From: Nemertoderma westbladi
Taxonomy: Eukaryota > Animalia > Xenacoelomorpha
DNA: 64,000 bases
Reading direction: 5' to 3'
Assembly (NCBI GenBank): GCA_032718475.1
Contig: JAUCBJ010009040.1
Coordinates: forward strand, 977 to 64,976
Position numbers and translations under genes: made by a program. The notes beneath the pieces are model-generated. The model was not told the DNA's origin and ran no database searches. It saw nothing but the letters and a program-made list of their open reading frames with translations. This document shows positions 54,076-64,000 of this stretch, in pieces (position 1 is the stretch's first letter; every line of letters begins with the position of its first letter).

Positions 54076-56626
54076 TCTAACACTATCTAGGAGACTATCC
54101 GACAGTGATTGGGTTGTGTCAGAAATGTTTGATTGTACAGTTGAATGCCTACTGCTAGATTACAGTTTAAGCAAGTGTAGTAATTCAGCATTAACTGCTA
54201 GCCTAGTAATTAATTACCGATACTGCTACTCAGTGTAGCGTGATATATATATAATATTAGAATACCGGTATGCTTATAGTATATATAAGTATTATTAGTA
54301 ACTAGAATTAATTACAGAATACCGGTATGATTTCAGCCTAAATTTATATATATATAATAGGCCTATCGTGAATACCGGTATACAGCTTACACTTATAATG
54401 TATATATATAAGTATAATTACAGACTAGAATTAATTACAGAATACTGGTATGATTTCAGCCTAAAATTTATAGAAATAAATATAATAAGCCTATTGTAAA
54501 TACCGGTATGTCAATTATTTTAGAATAATTGAATTTCTGAATTTTAAGGGTTACTTGGTTGCTTTAACTTACTTTATTACCGTTATTTAAGCAGTAGTCC
54601 AACTGATATTGAGACCTAATTGTTGTATGCCAGGCCTACTATTTATAAATCGTTTGAGTTGATTTATAATATATATATAGACCGTTTAATGGGTTTTGTC
54701 AATGTTTGAAATAAATGTTATTATCTCTGGGGGAGTCACTACACATAAGCTGTGCGCTCTCAGTGGAGTGCTACTTGTTAGACACTAAAACAAATAATTC
54801 TAATTTACCTAAGTTACTTAATACTACAAATTACGTACAATTTGGGTTGAGATTACAATCTCTAAATAAACACAAAAAATTTAATTACAAATACACAAAT
54901 ACAAATTTTTAGGGTAATTTTACAAGAAGTCTACTAACCAGCCTAACAAAGGGTTAGAATATCTGGTTATTACAACGGACAGGTTACTACGGTATTTGAA
55001 AATAATAAGTAGTAGTAAATATACTGCGTTGTCCAGATAGGAAAATACCACCGCCTGACGACCTATAACCGTATCGCTATAGGTACTACGTCAGTGAAGT
55101 GCTACTTATTGGACACTAAAACAGATAATTCTACTTCCTAAGTTACTTATCTACGAATTACTTACGATACGGGTGAGATTAAATCTCTAATTAAACACAA
55201 CAAAAATATTACGTACGAAATTTTATGGTAATTTTACAGGGAACTACAAACCAGTCTAACAGAGGGTTAGATTTTCTGGTTATTACAATGGACAGGATAC
55301 TACGGTATTTGAAAATAATAAGTAGTAGTAAATACACTGTGTTGTCCAGATAGGAAAATACCACCGTCTGACGACCTATAGCCGTATCGCTATAGGTACT
55401 ACGTTATGTATCACGGAGTGTCCCTACCTAGAAGTTAATTACCGCGGTCTACCAGAACCAACGTGCCTATTAACCACTTTACAACACAAATATACTGCCT
55501 ACACTCTAATTACCTTCGGAAAGCACTGTACACTAAACCCTAAATTAGGTACGAGTACTTGTACAACAGATAATCAGTAGTTAAAAATACTTGAACAGCT
55601 AAAAGAACCACGGCATCTGCTGGAGTGACCAGTGCACAAAATCACCAGTCTTTACCTACGCCGAGCAGCCCTGATGTAGTACCGGGGTTAGTTTAACTAT
55701 AACGGTATGTATAACAAACACAATTACTGTAGGAATAAACTTGGGGATATAAATGTTGCGAATAATAGCATAAACTCTGAATAATAAATATTACGCTACG
55801 CGTACAAACTACTCAAACAAAATGCAGACCAAATACTGACAGACTACTATCAAGCCTAAACAAACTACGGTATATGCAGACTCCGAAATGATTAGTTAGT
55901 ATGCGTTCTAACCCAGTAGTACGACTTATTCTTTCACAGGGGGTTTACCTCACAGCACTTGAAGCCCCTACTTTCCTAACTTAGCACTTTATCGGACAGA
56001 TGCTCTACACACACCGAAATTTCCTCAAACCCAACAACAGCCAGACAACTATCCAGCCTACAAATTATCTAAATAAAATTATACGCTACCCGTACAGACT
56101 ACACAAACAAAGTACAGACCAAACGATGGCAGACTACTATCAAGCCCAAATACACTACAGTATATGCAGACTCCGAAATGATTAGTTAGTATGCGTTCTA
56201 ACCCAGTAGTACGACTTATTCTTTCACAGGGGGTTTACCTCACAGCACTTGAAGCCCCTACTTTCCTAACTAGCACTTCATCGGACAGATGCCCTACACA
56301 CACTGCAATCCGTTCAGACTTAACAACAGTTAGACAACAGTCAAGCCTACAAATTATCTGTACAATCTGAGCAGGCTTACACGCCTTCTGCTCAATACTG
56401 GCTTACAAATAAATAAAACTTGACAGAAATAAGTAAAATCTCAATAAAAAACCAGGGCTGCAGTCCCTGATTAATTATTAAGGCCTACCGATATAATTAT
56501 CAAAATCGAATAATACTGCTGTACCTATACTGTAAGTACCGGTTCGGGTGATCAGGCAGTCAGGCCTACAGGTTTCCGGTCGACCGGTACTTTCGACTTG
56601 ATTGCTTACGCCGCAATCCAGAAGCA

Positions 56627-56637
56627 ATATCTGTTAT
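56627..56637 (-). promoter_or_regulatory. Non-tRNA primer-binding site candidate ATAACAGATAT of element 2
   Basis: Adjacent to the 5' LTR end; perfect complement inside its own LTR at 57350-57360 (and 45717-45727). Confidence 0.7.
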
Positions 56638-57793
56638 TGTTTGCGCTTTTAAGACCTTTGACAGTTTAACCTGCCAAATTAGGATGTCTTTTAGATGATA
56701 TATAGTCTTTAGCCTATGACGAGTATTTGATACACTACATTAGCCGAAGCCAGTCTATGCGCAATCATTCACCCGCTGGATATACCCGGGAGACTGAATT
56801 CGGAAGCTTAATGATTGATGGTGTAAGCCTACCGTATTATTCGACTGATCGTAATATATAATCTCTGACAAATATTATTCACTTTTGGGAAATATTAACA
56901 GTTCCTTTAGGACATGGCGCTCTAATTATGTAAACAGAGTTATGACTTAAACTAGACACAACGAAAAGGCTATAGATTCACGTATATGGCGCATTCTTTA
57001 GGAGATGCTTTGTTATCAGTTACAATCATACACAATGCTGCACAATACTGCACACCAATCTGCCGACCTTCACTAATTTTAGTCACATACAAAGAGAATA
57101 ACAGACAATACATGTAGGGCCTATAAAATAGCATTAGATTCACTTCAAACCACTTAACATAGGTCGCAATCGTTTATCTGTAACCGGTCTCTCTAACCTT
57201 TAGTATATCAAGAAGGTTGGGTGTCTGACTATTGATCAGTATTCCAAATATAATCTTCCATCAACAAATATAATGAATAACCGACAGCAAAAGCAGTAAT
57301 GTTAAGTAAGATATGCATGATATGTTTAGGTAAGATCGTAATTAACTCGATAACAGATATACGTTCTATAATTAAGCCTACTAATGTAAGACTAAAGACT
57401 GAAACACGGAGGTGCCAAAAGCTGGTGTTCTTAGGCTCTGGGCAAAAACATAACACTGAATTGCTGAGTTTCTGTATCCACCTCCAACACAGAGACAAAA
57501 AACGCTCTGATTGGTCGACCGAACAATGAGAGAACAAAGAAACAAAGAAATGTCGACGTGGCAATATCAGCTGTTAGCCGTCGTCATGGTAGCGACACTG
57601 TTTTCAAGAGTATCGAGCTTATTGCGTCCCGAAATTGCGGATTATGTCCTCTAAAGTACAAATACAGAAGAAATAGCTTTTATGTCCTCTAAAACACCAG
57701 TACAGTAAGGACACGGCCTTTTTATGCCCAGTAAACCAACTACAGAGTACTTTACGGGGAAAATAACCGGCTAATTACGCAAAAGCTTTTACA
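56638..57793 (-). repeat. 5' LTR of element 2
   Basis: 1156 bp, TG...CA on the minus strand. Confidence 0.97.
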
Positions 57794-58482
57794 GCATTGA
57801 TTATTGAACTTTGATTATTACTTTTATTATTGATTATTGAACGTGCGTTTGGAAATAAGTTCGTGCTACCCTTCCGTGGGTGGTAGATGTCGCGTTTATG
57901 TATTGGGGGGATATGGGGGGGGGGGGGGTGCAGATTAAAAGGGGTGAACACGTACTGTCCCCCTTTCTTTGATTAATTGGTGGTGTGGGATAATCTCTCA
58001 TAACCTGATTTTGTGATACAGTCGCACAATTTTAATTTGTATCTCATAACTGGGCCTCGTGCTGCGCGAAGGCCCCACGAACGTGTTTGATTGTTTATAC
58101 ATGACCTACCTTATACAGATTATGTTTAATTTGTTTACCTTTACTGGAGCCACTGCTTATTAATATTACGAGGTAATCAAATTATTGTCTCATGCTCAGT
58201 CGTCAGTCTGACTTGTTGGCAACTAATTCGAATGTAATTGTTATTATCGATATTCGATTAAGTATTGGAAATTAACACTTCTTATTATAACTGTAATGTA
58301 CTGTAGTAGAATTTTAGTAGTACTGTATAAAAACGTTATTGAAACTCTTTGCAATTGCCGTAGCACTGTCGAGTTTGAAGAAAAGGTGCTGGAAGTGTGT
58401 GGGTCTTGAGACACATTAGAACTGGAAGTCAAACAAGTCGTTTCATTCTCTAGCTGGGTTAAATCGTATTTATATATATATA

Positions 58483-58751
58483 CTAACAGGCAATACCCGA
58501 GGCATGTTACCCGGTATTTCCCGCTACCGGCATAGGCCTACTGGCGTACTGGTACCGGTATAGGCCTACTGACGTACCGGTACCCAGTACCGGTACCGAA
58601 CGTGAATTAAACTTTTCGAAAAGTGGCCTATAACGACCGCTGGTTAAAGTTATACACACATGCCAAGTTCCAGCGCAATCCCTCCGCCCGTTTTGGAGGA
58701 GTTCGAACACACAGAGAGAGAGAGAGAGAATTTGATTTTTATAGGTATAGA
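58483..58751 (-). mobile_element. Short non-autonomous Helitron-like element
   Basis: Minus strand A|TCTATACC start, (TC)n microsatellite, imperfect GC-rich 3' hairpin region and TTAG|T end. Confidence 0.55.
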
Positions 58752-58772
58752 TATATAGACAGACACTGGTCT

Positions 58773-59300
58773 TGTAAAGGCTTTTGCGGATCTAGCTAGT
58801 CATTTTCCCCGCAAAGTACTCTGTAGGTGTTTTAGCGGACATAAAAAGCCGTTTTCTTACTGTGTAGGTGTTTTAGTGGACATAAAAAGCCATTTTTCTG
58901 TATGTGTACTTTAGCGGACATAACAAGCCATTTTATGCCGCAATACGCCAAAATACTCTTAATACAGTGTAGTTCAGATGACGACATCTATCAGCTGATA
59001 TGTCGATGTGGAGCTTTTGGCTTTCTTTGTTCAGGCTCACTCGACCAATCAGGGCGATTTTCATTTTATTTGTACAGAAGCCTATGGGAAATCGCGCAAT
59101 GCATGACGGTCTTTGTTTACCTTTTTTCCTGAGCCCAGAACATCGGCTTTGGAATTATTCTGTGTTTCAGACTTTAGCCAAACATTAGAACGGCTTTGAT
59201 CATAGAAACGTATAACTGTTATCTCAAGTCACAACTCAACATACAACTCAGCCCAGAACATCGACCTTTCACCGCATTATTTTACTGCTATTTACTGTCG
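58773..59300 (+). mobile_element. Truncated LTR (5' ~530 bp) of a third subfamily of the same BEL/Pao family
   Basis: tgtaaaggcttttgcggat..., CCAAT motif and gaaacgtataactgttatc retained; homology lost after ~59300. Confidence 0.85.
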
Positions 59301-59440
59301 GCATGTGGCATGATATTCTACTGTATAACCAAAACAATAACCTAAATTTAATAGAACAGTTTGATTACAGTATTATTTTTAGGAGTAATCAGCTGTTATT
59401 TGTGTCGATTTCCCGAAATATTGTTATTGCATAAATAAAT

Positions 59441-60268
59441 CGATGGTGTTTTATCATAACGACTCAAATGTCATCTTTGTCAAAATAGAGTTTTGGTGTT
59501 TTTCTGCATATTTAGACTTCTACGAATCTTCTATTAAAGTATTAGATCCTAGAGTTGTTGCGTGTGCTTGAGTTACAGCGCATTTCAGAAAATTGCATAA
59601 CCACTCAAATGCCAATTTTACATTAAGTCAAGGGAAACGGCTTTTTTTTTCATAACCACTTAAACCCATAGCCCATCATTACAGATAAGGAGATGGTGAT
59701 TGAAACTCGTCCCTTACAGACTCAATATACTATCAATGGGCGGGAAATTCGAATTGTAACTTCTATAAGTACTTCTTTACATGACTGTTTCTTTCAGATT
59801 TCAGATTAAATAAATATTTTACATTTTTAATTGACATTTAATTGAATACCGGTAATTGTGTTTGTTCAAACAATGCACTGTATTGGTCATGAAGTCCAGG
59901 TTTTATGGAGCCGAAGGTGATGGATAGGAGGAAAGATAGTTAGCAGTTCATGAAAAGACTGTCTCGGACAGATTTCACTGATTGTTTTGTTCGTATGCCT
60001 AACATATTAATAGATATGTCGTTATGAAAAATCACAATTTAAGTGAAAAAATTTTGCATAACCACTCAAATCCTAAAAAACATCGATAAATTGGTTAAAT
60101 GTCACTAAAAATCCTAATTGTGGTGTTTTACCGCATGAATGATTTATTATCTACCTTATGAAACCAAAAATTATCTCTTAGGTACCATAGGGGAATTAGA
60201 ATGTAGAAAAATGCTCCCCTGAACAATTAGGTTTTTGAGTGTTGAGTGGTTATGATAAAACACCATCG
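59441..60268. mobile_element. Sola1-like MITE
   Basis: 27-bp TIR cgatggtgttttatcataacgactcaa / ttgagtggttatgataaaacaccatcg; 4-bp TSD AAAT. Confidence 0.75.
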
Positions 60269-62700
60269 AAATATAACATACTAAAAATTATAAATGAAAA
60301 CTACTGGATACTGTTATAAAAGCAAAGAGCAATTCTTGAATTATTTTATAAATAGTATGTCGTGAATAAAATAGTTGTAGAATTATAAGTATTTAAACCG
60401 ATTATTTTACACAAATTCAACAAACTATCTATATAATTTTAATGTTGTTGTTCAAATATTTAAACAATTTCACAAGGGAGGTGGTGTCAGGAAACTTAAG
60501 AAAAACAAGCTGTACCTGCAACCAATCAGTTTCAAACCACATTTGATTAAGTTAACTAACTATGATATTCGCATTATTCATAAATCAAAGAAACTTATTT
60601 ATTACATGTGAAAAAAGTTATACTTTTTACCATGTAATACGTGGAACTACTGGACATAACATATTAAATGTATGGCGTAGGGACTTACTGAGAAATAATG
60701 TCGCACTGCGATGGAAAATATGTCGCCCTGGCGATTTGGTAGTGCGAAATTAATTTCACACAAATAAATAAAAAACCTTAAATTATTTTATTCGAATTTC
60801 AACAACTTTATCTCCGGATTGACTCCGAATTAATATGCCCGGAGCCGGAACCAGTATAATGGGCCGGAGCTCCGGAGCCGGAGCTGTGTTGCATCCCTAA
60901 TTAACACAATACTATCCATAGACTACTATTTTATTGAACGTTAATATTCTATAATATTCTTTATTATTCTATAAAGTTATTCTACAGATACTAATTTCTG
61001 TGTTATTGTGTATATTGTTTAGGTATTTAGTATTTAGATTAAAATGCCCCATTATATTATGTAACATCAGCTGTTTTAAACGTGTTTGATAATTTATATA
61101 TTTTATTCAATTATTACAAATAAATGGTTAGATATTCCGGTAGTCTCTTTGGTTGTAGGAGGAATGTTACACCGACCAAACTTATTGCAGTACATATTCA
61201 TTCGCTGGCTCTATTTTTATATATTCGTATGTTTGTTATGAAATAATTGTACGATGTTAAAACAATGAAAAATACATTCAATATATACCATGTTTATTTT
61301 ATTGATGTACTTTTTATCCTTAAGTGAATTAAGTTAATGTTAAAAATCGTAAACATGAAAAAAGATTAATGTAAAGTTTTGTGTTACAAACATTAACTGT
61401 CACTGTTAACTTTTAGTAAGTTCGATTTGTGCTCTCCTAACCCACTAAGTTAGATTAATGTTCTAACTGCTATTGTTACACCAATTTGTGACAGAAACTC
61501 TTGTTTGTCACAAAATATTAAATGTTTTAAGTAATTAATTAATTTTGTCTCTAAGTTAAGGAAATTAATTTATATTCGCGAAATATATTATGACAATAAT
61601 ATTTAATGATTCGTTTTAAACTAATGCTGAAATCTTTGTTGATACATTTACCTATGAATGTTATGACTTTTGGGTCGAGCCACTACATCTGTTAGCTTTG
61701 GCATACACCTTAGTATTGTCCGTCCTTCCATTTCTACTTCCGTTGTTTGAACGTTGTAACCTTGCGCTTCCAAGGTTAAGCTGTTCTCCATAGAAACCGA
61801 TTTTATTTGTGGTTATAGCAATAATAAATAATAATTATTATTATTTTATTTAATTCAGCCAGGAAGGTAGTATTATCTAAAATGAAATAAAAGTGTAATT
61901 ATAGGTAAGGAAAAATAATTAATTAAAGTAAATTACACTTAGTATATCAGTAATACAGATTTTAAAAGTAGCCGAAGTGCTTAAATGGCACAGTTGTTAT
62001 GTAATCTGTATTATTTTGGGACACGTAATGTAAGGGCTCTGGGACGGGCACATATATTTTTTAACCTGTTACATAATAATATAATTTAATAACAAAACAT
62101 ATTAATTTCACAGTTTTTAATGGTTGCGGTTCATAATTCTATTATTTTGGCTAATAATTTTATAATTATTGTGGCCTCCCCAGCCCGGTTGCCCATTCTC
62201 AGCCAATTCTGGCTCAGCCACGGAGAATGGAGGTGAAACTGTCTCTGTTTCAAATATATCAATAATTTATGGCTGAGTTAGTTTTCGTGCTGTGGTCCCT
62301 TTCTGGCACCCATCAAAATTATTTTTCGTGCTAAAATTGTCATAATTATGTCTCGCTAGAATAAATTTATTTGTAGTATATAGCGGTTTTTTTGGATGCT
62401 GATCGCGATTATAGAACTCAAATATAACATTCGAGAAAATTTCTGGTCATTTTGAATGTGCCCCTGGGGCACGAAAAAAACAAGTAGTGCAAATATGATA
62501 ATAAAAAGTTTTACTAAATTAACCTGATTTTATGTCCTTATTGGTTTTTCCGTGTAGTTGACAAAATTTGATATAATTCACGTATCGTAGGACGTAGAGT
62601 AATATTAATTTCAATACGTGTCACTAAAATTCGTGTCACTAAAATACGTGTCACTAAAATACGTGTCACTAAATTACGTGTCACTATACGTTTCACTAAT

Positions 62701-62731
<31 letters not shown>

Positions 62732-64000
62732 TAAATTAGCGCAACGTCTCAGAACAAAATGTATAATATGGTTGTTTATCCTACACTAAATGCAACTCCA
62801 ATCAAATAATGTACCGCAATGGAGTAGCGAATGGCAACATCTATTACCTTGAGAGAATTATTGCTTGGCAACACGGAGGGGTAATCAATACACCGTTAAT
62901 GCCAATCTAATTAACGGCCGACTTATTCTCGGGTTGGTTGTATTAATATTAGCATGTTTGTGGCTTTGTTTATTTTTTTGTAATTATTTTCAAATTTTAT
63001 CAAAATTATCGTTTTAACCGGTTTTTTTATGTTGTATATTTTTATTTATAAAGTACGGCTCTACCTCGAGTGGGAATATTGAGTTACTTTATATAAATTT
63101 GCTAGTGTTAGACGTAGAATGAAATAAAATGTTTCTTCGTTATTAATTCGACGTACTATATTCTCTGAGTATGCCGAAAGCTAGCCAACCTTGGTCACCA
63201 TGGTTACCAATAGACCACACGTGGTATTACCATAGAAACGAGGCGCCACCACTGGCAATCCGAGAGAACACGACTGCAGGGGAAATGATGACAGATATCT
63301 ACCGACACTCTGGCAACAATAATGTTCTAGAACTTTCGCAAAGCCGCGACGCTTCTACCTACAGAATACCGCCGGATTTCCTAAACAAATCGAGGCGAAT
63401 ATAATAAACTGGAAACCCTTTTTCTTTCCTCGACAACCGACACCAGACGCGCGACTACGGGGTTTATTTCGACGAGAAGTTTGGGAAGTTTAAATCCTAC
63501 GGAGATATGCGGCAGCATCTGTCTGCGAACCACATCGAGTGGGTGAGTGACACAGCTGGGCGAGGTACCCGGCCCTACACGTCGGTTTACCGGAGGAGTT
63601 TCAACCGAGACTCGTCTGTAACCCCGGATACTACCGCGGGGATATCGCTTGATATCCCTCCTGTATTCCGGGCCGCCACCTCGGAATCATTCCGACCCCA
63701 CTCCCGCTTCCCCCGTGTCTACCCGACCCCCGTAGTCAGGGCGACTGATCGCTCGGAATATATCCGGGTTGGTATGACAGCCCCTGATTCCGGTTCATTT
63801 AGGACTCCTCTTCGCTCCCTCGCTTTGGCACAGGAACCGTTCCAGAAACACAATAACTGGCGATATTCAAACAGAGGCGTTAAAATATAATAGGATTTAT
63901 TTGTATATTATTAGGTAATAAAGAATTTTAATTAACAGTTAATTTGTTTAATTATATCAGCTGATTTTGAAAAGTCCAAATTTTGCTCTCGGAACTCCTC
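59660..64000. repeat. Right arm of the inverted segmental duplication (runs off the window end)
   Basis: Reverse complement of parts of 16421-38250, lacking BEL element 1 and both HINEs. Confidence 0.9.

Larger units (their letters stand above)
45002..57793 (-). mobile_element. BEL/Pao LTR retrotransposon, internally deleted (element 2)
   Basis: LTRs 45002-46160 and 56638-57793 (~1% diverged by eye); TSD GCATT (44997-45001, 57794-57798); same PPT-like sequence; homologous to element 1. Confidence 0.97.

Overview
AT-rich, repeat-dense eukaryotic DNA, most consistent with an invertebrate animal (short GT-AG introns, TATA/Inr promoter, SINE/LINE/MITE content). One intact host gene is supported: a 4-exon secreted coiled-coil + fibrinogen-related-domain (FReD) protein (13995-15829). 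Its promoter and signal-peptide exon are present in four near-identical tandem copies. Two related BEL/Pao LTR retrotransposons dominate the window: 21874-37308 (+, TSD GTTTC, decayed gag-pol) and 45002-57793 (-, TSD GCATT, RT/RNase H and integrase removed by two in-frame deletions). Both carry extra coding sequence after pol. The main finding is that neither has a tRNA-type PBS. The 11-12 nt right after each 5' LTR are instead perfectly complementary to a site inside that element's own LTR, with a compensatory change between the two elements, suggesting Tf1-like self-priming in a BEL/Pao lineage. An inverted segmental duplication (16.4-38.2 kb vs 59.7-64 kb) preserves empty pre-insertion sites. 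All family assignments come from motif recognition by eye, not from database searches.
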